64,000 nt of DNA, taken from the NCBI GenBank assembly GCA_951406725.2, contig OX597820.1, positions 1,860,001-1,924,000 of the forward strand, written 5' to 3'. Position numbers and translations under genes: made by a program. Position 1 is the first letter of the stretch. Every line of letters begins with the position of its first letter. This DNA comes from Octopus vulgaris. Taxonomy: Eukaryota. This document shows positions 1 through 12,522 of this stretch, in pieces. The notes beneath the pieces were generated by a model that made no database searches, had not been told where the DNA came from, and saw only the letters and a program-made list of their open reading frames with translations.

Positions 1-2035
1 TCCCCCACACATGGATCCTCGAAACACTACCCATTAACAAAGTAGCACCAACAATTATAAAATTCATTGGGCACGCTATGAATAAATGGCAAACAGTGCT
101 ACAGCTCCAAACAAAAGAGGGACTCATGAAAACCAAAGCCATCCCCATTAGAAGAGGAATATTCCAGGGAGACACGCTCTCTCCACTCCTTTTCTGCTTG
201 GCACTGTCACCTCTATCTGATATGCTAAATAGAACTGGATGCGGATATAAATGTTACGGCAAAACGATCAGCCACCTTTTATATATGGATGACCTAAAAC
301 TATACGCTGCAAATGACAAACAGCTGGAAACACTATTAAAGACAGTTCATGAATTTACCAAAGAAATAGATATGAAATTTGGATTAGAAAAATGCGCCAA
401 AGTAACCATGAAAAGAGGAAAACTAGTTAAGAGTAGCAACATCACACTAGATAAAACCAATGAAATAAAAGAATTAGATCAAAGCCAAACTTACAAATAC
501 TTAGGAATCCATGAAATAGATAAGACACAACACACACAAATGAAAGAGAAAATAAAAAAAGAATATTATAGACGAGTTAGATCAATACTAAACACAGAGC
601 TCAATGCTAAAAACAAGATAATAGGTATTAACACTTTAGCTGTCCCAGTTATAAGTTACAGCTACAATATCCTTAAGTGGACACTAAATGAACTGACCAA
701 AATAGATAGGAAAACAAGAAAAATAATGACGGTCTAGGATGCATCACCCAAAATCTGACATAGAAAGACTATACATACAACGTATAGAAGGTGGTAGAGG
801 CCTTATACAGCTGGAAAACTACTATAAAATAACCACCATAGGACTGTAAAAAAAATATCTACTTCAGAAGGAAGGAAAACTGATACAAATAGCGGCAAAA
901 CACGAGCAAAACAAAAAACTGTTCTCAGTATTTAAGGAAGCTGACAAATACAAACAAGAAATCATACCACCTAATAAACATGAAGAAGAAGAAGAAGAAG
1001 AAGAAGAAGAAGAAGAAGAAGAAGAAGAAGAAGAAGAAGAAGAAGAAGAAGAAGAAGAAGAAGAAGAAGAAGAAGAAGAAGATGATGATGATGAAGAAAC
1101 AACAAAAGCTATAAAACAAATGAAATCCAAACTAAAACTAGAACAGCAAAGAACCATGATAAAACGATGGCAAGAAAAACCCCTTCACGGTAAATACTGG
1201 ACTAAACTAAATGCAAAAGAAATAGACAAAGAAAAAATCCCAGCAATGGTTGAGAAGCTCAGGACTCAAAGCAGAGACAGAGGGATTTTTAATTGCAGCA
1301 CAAGACCAAAGCCTCCCCACCAGAAATTACCAAAAACATGTAATGAAAAGAAATATAACAAGTAACTGCAGAATATGTGGAGATGGACAAGAAACAATAA
1401 ATCATATTACCTCTGGTTGCCCAGTCCTGGCTAAGAAGGAATATATTCACAGACATGACAGAGTTGGAACCTACATACACTGGAAGCTATGCCAACATTA
1501 TGGAATAACAACAGAAAAAAGATGGTATAGGCACACACCAGAAAAGGTCACAGAAAACGAGAAAGCAACCATACTTTGGGATATGCCGATACACACAGAT
1601 AGAGAAATTAAGGCCAACAGACCAGATATAGTTGTCAGAGATCATGAAGAAAAAAATGCTTTCTAATTGATGTATCAATACCGGCAGATGACAACGTGTC
1701 TCTAAAAGAAATGGAGAAACTTTCAAAATACAAAGACCAGGAAATGGAGGTAACCAGAATGTGGAATCTAAAAACAGAAACAATTCCTATCATAGTAGGT
1801 GCATTAGGCATGATAAAAAAATATTCAGACAAATACATAACAAAAACATCAGGACTTACAAACACATATAACATACAGAAAATTGCACTACTAGGCACTG
1901 CACACATCCTACGCAGAACACTTTCCATACAATAACCATCAGAGCATCACAACAAATCACAGCACATACCCAAGGCACACAGACCTGCGCTCGGTAGTGA
2001 AGTGAAAGCACGCTATAAAAATAAAACTACGGAAT
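1..2035 (+). mobile_element. Non-LTR retrotransposon, R4/Dong-like (RT + CCHC + restriction-like endonuclease), 5' end outside window, disrupted
   Basis: RT motifs GIFQGDTLSPLLF and HLLYMDDLKL; CRICGDGQETINHITSGC zinc knuckle; RHD; RPDIVV..LIDVSIP..KLSKY nuclease; stops and frameshifts; ends in AAT repeats. Confidence 0.9.
982..1095 (+). repeat. (GAA)n then (GAT)n microsatellite inside the Dong-like ORF
   Basis: Pure GAA run of about 100 bp followed by GAT repeats; reads as poly-E/D in the LINE frame. Confidence 0.95.
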
Positions 2036-2049
2036 AATAATAATAACAA

Positions 2050-2345
2050 TACCGCTACGGAGGAAAAGAGCAGAATGTAAGGGCATAGAATTGCCGAATG
2101 GAAAGAGAATGGAAGGCCCGAATGACGACGGGTACGAGTACTTTGGGATCCTGGAGCAGGACAATATCTTGCACAGAGAAATGAAAGACAAGGTCATCAC
2201 TGCATATTTCAAGCGCCTCAAACTCCTCTTGAAATCAAAATTCGACTCAAGGAACCTTGTGGCTGCCATCAATACATGAACATATTGCGTAAAGTACTGT
2301 CCGTCTGAGGTCCTTGTGACTTGACAGACACTACAAACCCGCAGT
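2050..2345 (+). mobile_element. Internally deleted fragment of a Dong/R4-like LINE
   Basis: ORF 2091-2279 YEYFGILEQ..LLKSKFDSRNLVAAINT parallels YKYLGIHE..ILNTELNAKNKIIGINT of the first element. Confidence 0.7.
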
Positions 2346-2372
2346 AATCATAATATCTTCAATCAACATTAA

Positions 2373-2373
2373 A

Positions 2374-2411
<38 letters not shown>

Positions 2412-2427
2412 ATAATACTACTACTAC

Positions 2428-2475
<48 letters not shown>

Positions 2476-2495
2476 TAATAATGATAATAATAATA
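2373..2495. repeat. (ACT)n/(AAT)n microsatellite
   Basis: Direct inspection. Confidence 0.95.
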
Positions 2496-2969
2496 TCTTC
2501 GTATAAAAGATGGGCTACAGCAAATATTCTGCTCAATACCACAGATTTGTTTGTCAGTTATTTGACCTTAACCAGTTGAACATGTCCCTAAGTGGCTGAC
2601 GATATGTGCATCTCTGATCACGAGCAGAATTAGTGGGGGAGCTTCATAGCCATGTGTTAAGAGGGATTCTTTGGGGATTGAATAATTCACCTCTGGAAAC
2701 ATGGGTGTTTCGTTCAACATCCTTAAACAACCCTTATTCAGGGACCTTTTGAGCGGGATGGGTTACTCGACCAGAAGAAAATTCTAACTGGGCCCCACCT
2801 GCAAGGTCATGTGCTGTTTATCTTGATATGAGATCACCCTGTCGCACACACATGGTTGTGATGCATGTGCCTAGTGTACCCTTATCAGACGGGTAGTCAT
2901 GATGGGTATACTGGGCTTCGTATATTTTACCCCAATGTCACTTTGATGGCATGCACTGCTCTCTCACTC

Positions 2970-2970
<1 letters not shown>
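2496..2970. repeat. Non-coding SINE-like element embedded between AAT tracts
   Basis: About 470 bp of higher-GC non-coding sequence flanked on both sides by (AAT)n; family not identified. Confidence 0.45.
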
Positions 2971-3045
<75 letters not shown>

Positions 3046-3065
3046 GTAATGACGATGGTGATGAA

Positions 3066-3541
3066 CATTACCTTACCTCACTTTACGAGCGATAGGAGTT
3101 TCCGAAAAACTGGCTGTAACAGCGAAAGTGAAGCTGGACCTTTAAGGGAAGATTTCTTGCTCGGCAGTGGATCAGTAAAGATGCAGACTGACTACAGCTG
3201 TCATCCTAATACAGCATCAGCTGATAATAGAGTAAGTGGGGGGGGAGGAAGTGGACCAGTGAAGAAAACAAGATGGTGATGCAGTGCTACTTGGAAAGTG
3301 AACTTAAAAGAAGGAGCGATAGAAAACGGATGTTAACCCTTTGGATAGAGAAAGGGTAATGTTTAAAGTGGGTGAGCGTAGATTAGCTGATGAAGGTAAT
3401 GCTATTAGGAGAAGAAAGTGGATGACAGAATTGGAGGTAGAAGAGATCAGAAGAGAACTGGAAAAGAAAGGCCAGGCAGTGGGACAGACACACAACAACA
3501 TAGAAGAGATACAACTCAAACCAAAGAAGAACCTAAAAGAA

Positions 3542-3572
<31 letters not shown>

Positions 3573-3820
3573 GCACTACCAATAAAGAAGGGACGACTGG
3601 CAACAGCGACTTCAGTGATTTAATTGAGGAAGATCAGAAGATTTTAGATGAGTTGCAGGAAGTAAGGAGTAAAGAAGTAAGAAAAAGATTGCCAGTATTA
3701 AAAGGCAGCCACAGAAGGAAGCTGCTAGAAAGGACTAGAAAAATAGGGGTTTTTTACCAATAGGATAGATACTAAAAATATAGAAGACACCATCTTCTTA
3801 GTAAGACAAATAGAGAAGAA
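3066..3820 (+). mobile_element. Degenerate 5' part of a Dong/R4-like LINE ORF
   Basis: ERRLADEGNAIRRRKWMTELEVEEIRRE resembles the N-terminal motif of R4/Dong ORFs; follows an (AAT)n tract. Confidence 0.6.
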
Positions 3821-3821
3821 T

Positions 3822-4105
3822 TTAACGAAGACTAAAACGACCGGGAAAAATTGCTTGGCAGAGTTCTCTCCTATGAATGTATTCTTGTTCGCTTTGAAGC
3901 TCCACTTTCTCTTTTCGGTCTAATACAGAGATGTCCTCCGAGAGCATGTCTAACTCCGTCTGGATTCTTCTTTTCCACCATGGATCTTTTCTTTTGACAC
4001 TCCCATTATGTTTCTTTTTCTTTACCTCAACACCCACGTTTTCTGCTACAACAATACTTGCTGCTTTGATCAAGTTACTTGTTTCTATGATGTTGTTTGA
4101 ACTGA
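3822..4105 (-). mobile_element. Fragment of a Dong/R4-like LINE N-terminal region
   Basis: ETSNLIKAASIVVAE..PWWKRRIQTELDMLSEDISVL motif. Confidence 0.6.
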
Positions 4106-4113
4106 TGTATACA

Positions 4114-4145
<32 letters not shown>

Positions 4146-4160
4146 ATATATATATATATA

Positions 4161-4852
4161 CTAGCACTATGACCCGGCGTTGTCGGGTCTGGTGCTAGTC
4201 AATCATATTTGGTCTTTCATGAAAATCCCTCTCTCTCTTGTCATTCCCTTGGTCCTACTCATTAATCATTCCTTGCATTTCTCAAATCAAAAACGCTTGC
4301 ACGTTTGAAAACCAAAACACATGATAACTCGTCTTCGCAAAGCACAAAAAGGCACCGAGTGATACAGACTGTCTGCAAATGCGCATGCGCATCCAACTGT
4401 CAGGTATAAAATTATCTCCGTCCAATCAAAAAACAGACATTTTGCCATTTATAGATATAGAGATTTTAAGCAAAGGTTAAGAAATTCTCTGGGAAGCTGG
4501 AAAATCCAGAAATCCGGGACTGTTCCGGTCCTAAATTGGATAAATTGGTCTGGTACAGTATTGAGGTGTGATACATAACAAAGGATGGGGGGAGGGAATG
4601 CAGAGTTTTAAAGAGTTATTTCCCTTGCTATGGTTCAATATCTTTAGGTTAAACTGGTGGTTTAAGTGAGTTATGTCCCTTGTATTAAAGACTTTTGTTA
4701 CCTGAAACATAAGGGGTCGGTTTATCGATTTTTTTTAATGGATTTCAGGGGCAATTGGGAAATGAAAAGATCTTCACAACCACCCTTGGACGGTTTTGAA
4801 TGACCATAGAAAGTGCGAGCCCTCTAACTGAAAAATTGTGGATTTGTATAAA

Positions 4853-4936
<84 letters not shown>

Positions 4937-4955
4937 TTTGCCGTTTATATATATA
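4161..4955 (-). mobile_element. Non-autonomous Helitron-like element (possibly two nested)
   Basis: Minus-strand 3' end ACCCGACAACGCCGGGTCATAGTGCTAG (subterminal hairpin plus CTAG); 4725-4950 matches 43455-43625. Confidence 0.65.
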
Positions 4956-5225
4956 TACGAAGTTAGTGCAGTATATATGCGAAGATCAGTGAGCTCTATG
5001 TTACATAGGAAAATTTATATAGGGAGTACTATTGATTTTTAAAATAGATATAGGGGACACCCCAGTATAAAAAATTCCACGACATTAGCATCATACATTA
5101 AACACCTCAAAGAGTTTAACATTGAGTATAATTAAAGTTGGTCGATAATTACTGAATCAACACCATGTAACACACACACACTAAATCTTGTAGGCTTCGC
5201 ATAAAGGAATCGAGTAGCATCGAAC
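4955..5225 (+). mobile_element. Degenerate Penelope-like GIY-YIG endonuclease fragment
   Basis: IYEVSAV..KIYIGSTIDF*NRY..KNSTTLASYIKHLK..SWSII..SCRL, with stops. Confidence 0.55.
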
Positions 5226-5286
5226 CCAATTACTCATTCTCTTGGTCTCTTTTGTGAAGCTGATAATTTATGGGGATGTAAATATA

Positions 5287-5518
5287 TATTTCTTTACTAC
5301 CCACAAGGGGCCAAACATAGAGGAGACAAACAAGGACAGACAAACGGATTAAGTCGATTACATCGACCCCAGTGCGTAACTGGTACTTAATTTATCGACC
5401 CCGAAAGGACGAAAGGCAAAGTCAATCTCGGCGGAATTTGAACTCAGAACGTAACGGCAGACGAAATACGGTTACGCATTTTGCCCGGCGTGCTAACGTT
5501 TCTGCCAGCTCGCCGCCC
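5287..5518 (-). mobile_element. tRNA-derived SINE with Meta-like central domain (family A)
   Basis: Minus strand: GGCGGCGAGCTGGCAG..GAGTTCAAATTCCGCC (A/B boxes)..GCCTTTCGTCCTTTCGGGGTCGATAAA; further copies at 25175-25353, 25364-25596, 29823-30045, 53648-53790, 59965-60170, 60370-60500 and 61470-61617. Confidence 0.85.
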
Positions 5519-5589
5519 TTTTGGGGGTGTAAATATACCAACATTAGTTGGCAAGCAATGTATAAAAACTTAGATATGTTTCGACCAAA

Positions 5590-7585
5590 GATTGGTCCAG
5601 GCCATGTCTAACTTAATAGCACCACCTGATATGATTATCTAAATCCTGTTTAAGTCAAGTTTTGTTTATGGTCCATACAAGTAGTGAGTTTTTGTTGGGT
5701 GAGTTGCATCCAATTATGGGTGGCTTATCCGGTATTCCTTGAAGAAATCTATCCAAACTCCGTTTAAAGGTGATGGAATCCTTTTCCTCTTTGACCAGTC
5801 TTGGGACAATGTTAAACAGGGCAGGGCCTGTTGAGGAAAAGAAATTATGTCGCAGTGTACCTATATGTGGTGATCCTGAATTGGACAGGGGGCGTATGGC
5901 CCGTGGTTCCAGCCTTGGATGAACCTTGAAACTAATGTTAAGGTCGTTTGGGCAAAATTGGCAGTATATTCTCCACATCGTACAAATGATGTACCACTAG
6001 CGGTGGCACTGGAGAGAGTAGAGTTTCAAGGTTTTAAAGCGGTCCCAGCAATCGAGATCAGTCATGCCTTCAATTCGTTTAGTGAGTGCCCTCTGGGGTG
6101 ATTCAATCCTTGAGATGTTTTGTCTTGTATGGGGAGACCACAGTGGACAGCAGTATTCGAGGTATGGTCGTACAAAGGAGAAAAGTTGAATGATAACACC
6201 TTGTTCTCTGGACCGGAAAGTTCTTAAGATCCAGGAACTCATCCTACGAGCTATATCGACCTTATTGTTGATGAGGGCACTTCTACTAAGATTGTCATCA
6301 ACAATTATGCCCAGGTCTCTGATATTATTAGATGCCGTGAGCGGTTCCCCAGAAGGAAGAGAGTATGGCTGTTTCAGTATAGACTTTCTTCCAAAATGCA
6401 TCGGCTCAAATTTTCCCTCGTTCAGCTGCATTTTGTTTTTGTCTGCCCTTTGACTCACAGCATAGAGATCAGACTGGAGTTGAGTTCGGTCTTCTTCTTC
6501 ATTGGTGATTTTCTGGAGCTTAGTGTCATCAGCAAATATTTTCACTTTGCAGTGATTTACGACACTGGAAAGGTCATTTATGTAAATTATAAAGAGGAGC
6601 GGGCCCAAGACAGTCCCCTGGGGGACACCTGCTGGGCTTGAGTGGACTCCATCAACTACAACATGTTGTGTTCTATTCGCCAGGAAATACTTAATCCAGT
6701 GTAGAACTTTTCCACGGATTCCAACATTTGCCAATTTTAAGAGTAAGATATCATGGTCAACCCTGTTGAATGCTTTACAGAAGTCAAGATATGACATCAG
6801 AGTTCGAACCTGTTCCCAAGACTTTAAGTATATCTTCAATGTGGTGTAAGAGCTGTGTTAGACAGTCCCTGCCACAGCGAAAGCCATGCTGATTTGCATT
6901 TAGGAGTTTGTGGGTCTCCAGGAAGTCAGCTATCCTTGATCTCATCACTCTTTCAAACACTTTAATGATGTGGGAGGTGAGTGAGATTGGGCGATAGTTG
7001 ACTGCAAGGGATCTGTTTCCCTGTTTGAAAACCGGGATGACAGACTGGGATAGAAGCTGTTTCGGTATATAACCTGCGTCTAACGAATTTCTCCAGAGGT
7101 TGGTCAGAGGGACTGCAAGTTGGTGTCTACTTTCCTTCAGGAGACTAGCGGGGAATCTATCAGGGCCTACAGCAGAGTAGTATTTGACCTCATTTATTGC
7201 TGCTATGATGTCAGAGGCAGTGAAGGTTATGTCCGAGATTTTATGTTGGGAATCAACTTCGTTCGCTTCTCTTACGTCAATATCAGTGGGAACACTACAG
7301 ACAGAGCAGTATTGTTTCTGCAGTATTTCTGCCATTTCGTTAGCATCGTGTTGGGGAATGCCGTTATTATCAATCAATGGCCCAGTGGGTGAGACAGTGG
7401 TTCTATGCTTATTTGCATAAGAATAGAGCACTTTTGGTTTCTGTTTGATATTTTTGATTACCCACTGTTCCTCCACAGCTCTTTGATTTTCAATGGAGGT
7501 TTTCATGTTGGTCTGCAGATGAAGTTTTTCCAGCTCTAGCCTTTTCATTATTGTTGAATGTGGATGTTGTATGTGGGAGTATTTT
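5590..7585 (-). mobile_element. CR1-clade LINE, 5'-truncated ORF2 (RT), frameshifted
   Basis: NYRPISLTS, NQHGFR, YLDFCKAF, GVPQGTVLGPLLF, FADD, LEYCCPLWSP across ORFs 6784-7548, 5997-6839 and 5655-5978. Confidence 0.9.
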
Positions 7586-7658
7586 AATTGGTTGGTTTTT
7601 TTATTGAGTCTTTTGATGCGTCTGATGAGTGTTTTTTTCTTTTGTCGTTTTTTATTTT

Positions 7659-7721
<63 letters not shown>

Positions 7722-7724
<3 letters not shown>

Positions 7725-8130
7725 GACAAGCTCAGAAAATATAAAGACCTGCTCATTGAAATTGAGAAAATGTGGCATCTCAAGGCGGTTACAATACCAG
7801 TGATCGTAGGAGCACTAGGAATGATCAAGAAGGGAACCGAAAATTATATGAGAATGATCCCTGGCTTACCATCCCTGCAAGAAGTGCAAAAGATTGTCTT
7901 AACTGGTACATCACACGTATTGAGAAGAGCATTGTTGATGTGAGAACTGTTGCTGCTCATGTATTTTAAATTAACTTAAAAAAAAATTTTTTTTTAAATG
8001 AACGAACTATTGAGTTTGGTTTAATGGTCTACCAATGTATACTATGAGTTTCTTTGCCCTAGGAGTCGGGAAGACGCTCGGCAAGAAATGGAAGCAAATT
8101 TGAAAGAAGAAAAATAAAATAATAATAACA
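7722..8130 (+). mobile_element. 3' end of a Dong/R4-like LINE inserted in (AAT)n
   Basis: KLRKYKDLLIEIEKMWHLKAVTIPVIVGALG..QKIVLTGTSHVLR; starts right after an AAT tract. Confidence 0.85.
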
Positions 8131-8149
8131 TTTATAATAATAATTATAA

Positions 8150-10017
8150 GATCATGGAGAACCACACTGACTTTGAACAGTGACAATGAATCTCAAAATG
8201 CAGGAGATGTAAAAATTTCATGTGGCTGGGTGACTCACTATCACCACTGCTCTTTTGTTTAGCCTTGATACCTTTCTCAAAATTGTTCAATGATGCACAC
8301 ACAGTATGGCTATAAAATGTTTGATAAAAATATAAATCATCTCATTTACATGGATGATTTAAAGCTCTTTGCAAAAAATAACCAACAACTCAAGGGCTTA
8401 CTAGCGATTGTTAAACAATTCAGTGATGACATCAGAATGCAATTTGGGGTCGGTAAGTGTGCAAAAGCTACCTTTATCAAAGGAAAGCTGACAGAAACAT
8501 CTAACGTTAACCTTGACCAGCAGAATGTCAGAGAGTTACAAATACCTAGGGGTACTTGAAGGGGACGGAATCAAGCATTCAGTGATGGGGGAAATGATCA
8601 AGAGAGAATGGTTTCGCAGGGTGAGAGCAATACTCAAGACAGAGCTCAATGCAAGAAACAGGATCGAAGCGATCAATGCATTAGCCATACCAGTCGTGAC
8701 TTACAGTTTCAATATCGTTAACTGGTCAATTACTGAAATATGTAATCTTGACAGAAAAATACAAAAACTGTTGACAATGCATAGAATGCACCATCCTAAG
8801 GCAGATATAGATCGACTTTATCAGCCAAGAAAAGAGGGAGGCCGTGGACTTTTACAAACTGGAATTAACAATGAAGATTGCCACAATTGGCCTAGACACC
8901 TACCTGAAAAACTCTGAGGGCTGGATGTTAAAACTTGTCACAAAACACGAATACAAGAAAGCATCATACTCAGTAACAAAACAGGCAAAGGAATGTCTAA
9001 GTGAATTCCAAATACAACAAATTCTGGTATTAGATATACGAGAAACAAGCGCAGAAAAAGCTAAGCGCATGAAAACCCGTGCTAAAACTTCTGTCTTAGA
9101 TATTTTGACTGATAAATGGCAAGAAAAACCTCTCAATGGCAAATACCCAAAGAGAGCGAATAATGCCGATGTTGACAAAGCCCTTACCCATCAATGGCTA
9201 ATGGCCTCTGGCTTAAAATCTGAAACAGAAGGGTTTATCATAGCAGCTCAAGATCAATGCCTATCTACAAGGAACTACCAGGCCAACATATTAAAGAACG
9301 GCAGTAGCCCAACATGTCGTTTATGCCGACAACAAAATGAAACCATTGATCATGTTGTCTCCAAGTGCAGTCTTCTTGCGCCTACAGAGTATCTCAACAG
9401 GCATGATAGAGCTGCACAATATATTCACTGGCTAATTTGAAAAAAACCTGGGCTTGCCCCATGATAGAAACTGGTGGGGACACAAACCACTTCCAGTGCT
9501 TGAAAATGATCACATCTCACTCCTCCGGAACTTCCCCATTCAAACTGACAGAAAGATAGATGCAAATAGGCCAGACATCATATTGAAAGAATTCAGACGA
9601 AAATCATGCCTCCTCATTGATATGACTGTCCCAATCGATATAAACGTATCTGTCAAGACCTACCAAAAACTGAGCAAATATAAAGATCTTGAAATAGAAA
9701 TTAGCAAAATGTGGAACCTGAAGACTGAAGCAATACCTGTTGTCATAGGTGCAAAAGGGGCTGATTGCTACCTGTCTCAGATACCAGGAAACCTCAAAAT
9801 GGCAGAAATTCAAAAGATAGTGCTCATGGGAACTGCCCATATCCAACGCAAAATACTTTCTATGTAATCTCATGTATTGAACAACACTATGTACAAAACC
9901 AATTATATGGCACCCTAGGTATAACACCAACATGAATTTCCAACTTGTTGTCTCTTGAGGTCTCTGGGTGAGACTTGGAGACAACTTGTACAAATGTAAA
10001 GCAAAAGTCAAACATAA

Positions 10018-10020
<3 letters not shown>
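8150..10020 (+). mobile_element. Dong/R4-like LINE, 5'-truncated, frameshifted
   Basis: HLIYMDDLKL, CRLC..HVVSKC, RHD, RPDII..LIDMTVP..KLSKY; ends in (AAT)n at 10021-10105. Confidence 0.9.
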
Positions 10021-10108
<88 letters not shown>

Positions 10109-10754
10109 TAAATAACATATATGTATATGCATATATACATACATATATCTACATACCTACATATATATGTATATATACATGCATATATGCGTACAGGACG
10201 TCAAAAAAACGTGAACAAAATTAAAAACGAGAACATAAAAAAACAAAAACATGGAAAACGAACTTTTTTTTCGAACAACGAAATAATCAAATAGAGAAAT
10301 GAGACAGACAACATTAAGGACAATCCCTTCGTCAGTTGTCCCCTGTTTTATCTACTCCGCGTTTTGAATGTTGGGACAAGACGCGACTTCGTTAAAACTG
10401 TCGTTCGCGCAAATCAAATAAAATTTGGGATTTGTGGAGGGTGAAAATGGTAACAAAAACAGAACAAAACAGTAAAAACAAACGGTAAGGGTTGTTAAGC
10501 CATAACAAGGTGAAGTGGTGAACGCTGGAGAAACAAGCTTTGACAGGAGACAGGCAAAAGCATGTCTTGTCTCTTGTGAGGCAAGGGGAAGAAAGGAAGA
10601 TAGCCGCTGGTCACGTGTGAGCAACGAGAGAGTCAAGGAGGAAGAGTGAGAGAGAGAAAGGAGAGAAAGAGAACAGTGAAGGGGAGGAGAAGAAAAACAG
10701 AAAGAAAGAATAATAGAGGAAGAATAGAGATAGTTGAAGAGTGCGCATCAGAAT

Positions 10755-11655
10755 TATTAAGATTGGCGGGTTTGCGGTGATTATCGATCACTGAATGAAA
10801 GTACTCTCAGTGATGCATATCCAGACCCTATTTGCAGGATTTTTCTAGCTCGCTGCATGGAGCTCACATCTTTTCCAAGATCGACTTTGTGCGAGCATAC
10901 AACCAGATCCCAGTGGAACCTGCGGACATTCCGAAGACAACAGTTACTACACCTTTCGGAATGTTTGAATTCCTACGTGTGCCTTTCGGTTTACGCAACG
11001 TGGCACATACATTCCAAAGGTTTATCGACATGGTTACTAAAGATCTGCCTTTCGTCTATGCCTACATAGACGACATACTCGTGGCCAAATTGCTCGGACG
11101 AGGAACATAACCAACACCTTCACCTGCTATTCGAACGCCTCCGCAAATACGGTGTCGTAATCAACCCCAGCAAGTGTTCGTTCGGAGTTGCTTCCCTTCA
11201 TTTTCTCGGACATGTCGTTGATAAGGATGGCATTTGCCCCCCTTCCTGAGAAAGTCAAGGCCATCCTGGATTTTCCACCACCCACAAATCTCCGCAAATT
11301 AAGGGTATCTCTCGACCTAGTGAATTTGCTACGTCAGCGAACTTGCAAAAATACGGAAATTGCCCTGAACGAAGATCAACTCGCCTCTTTCGCAGCCCTG
11401 AAAAAAAGTGTTATCTGACGCTACCATGTTGGTTTATCCAAAATCAGACGCCCCATGGTTTTTACTCGTTGATGCATCCGACTCCGGAGTTGGAAATGTA
11501 CTACAGCAGCTTGTTGACGGCATATGGCGACCGTTGTCCTTCTTTTCCAAGCGGTTAAAACCCACGGAAACGAAATACAGCACATTCAGTCGGGAATTAT
11601 TAGCGGCATACCTGGCCGTTAAGCATTTCCGTCACATGCTAGAAGGTACCATTTT
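10755..11655 (+). mobile_element. Ty3/Gypsy LTR retrotransposon pol fragment (RT-RNase H), degenerate
   Basis: WRVCGDYRSLN, FSKIDFVRAYNQIPV, PFGL, YIDDIL, VDAS, YSTFSRELLA; no LTRs seen. Confidence 0.9.
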
Positions 11656-11659
11656 GCCA

Positions 11660-12390
11660 TATACACCAACCACAAGTGCACATTACCAGGATGGCGACAA
11701 AGTGCAGACGACTGGCTGGATGGATCCTAAGAACATTCAGAACCAGAGATAAGGAAACCATGATGGTTCTCTGGCGGACATTCGTCCTCAGCCGCCTGGA
11801 TTACTGCTCACAGCTATGGTCTCCCACCAGTGTAAAATTAACAGCGGACTTTGAAGCAATCTAGAGAAGATTCACAAAGAAGATCGTCTCTTTGCAACAG
11901 CTCAGCTACTGGGAAAGGTTGAAACAGCTAAGACTCTACTCCCTGGAGAGAAGATGGGAGAGGTATGCAGTAATATATATCTGGAAGATCCTGGAAGGAA
12001 TTGTGCCAAATTTTGGTATTGAAAGCTACACCAATACCAGAACGGGACGACACTGCATAGTGCCAAAGATCCCAGCAATGCCATCATGCCTCAGGACCAG
12101 TTACTGCAACAACCTGGGTTTCAAGGGCTCACAGCTTTTTGATATTCTCCCAAAGAGTCTGAGGAACTTGCACAAAGAAGATATAGGGTTTTTAAAATCA
12201 AAGCTGGACCTCTTCCTGTCGAGAGTCCCAGATGTACCTACCTCACGGCAAGAGGTGGAAATTAGGGTAGCTATATCAAACTCCATTCTTCACCATGTGC
12301 CACATATTAGAGGAGGTTCTTCGCAATAACCGTGTAGCAAAACGGTGGTGCATCAGCATGGGCGCAGCTCTGAGCTGAAACTAGCAAGAG
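11660..12390 (+). mobile_element. CR1-clade LINE 3' fragment
   Basis: WILRTF..LDYCSQLWSP..SYWERLKQLRLYSLERR..KSKLDLFL. Confidence 0.85.
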
Positions 12391-12467
<77 letters not shown>

Positions 12468-12522
12468 TTTGTTGAATTTTCTGCTGCTTAAAATAAAGTA
12501 TATATATATATATATATATATG

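Noticed and set aside
864-1157. Poly-Ser and poly-Phe ORFs, and the acidic or poly-K ORFs at 13293-13530
   Set aside because: Other-frame or antisense readings of GAA/GAT repeats.
5400-5518. tRNA-like A/B boxes
   Set aside because: These are SINE heads continuing into SINE body and tail; no complete cloverleaf.
10320-10410. Minus-strand CTGACGA and AAAACGCGGAGTA motifs (similar fragment near 36095)
   Set aside because: No consistent three-helix fold could be built; probably a decayed repeat.
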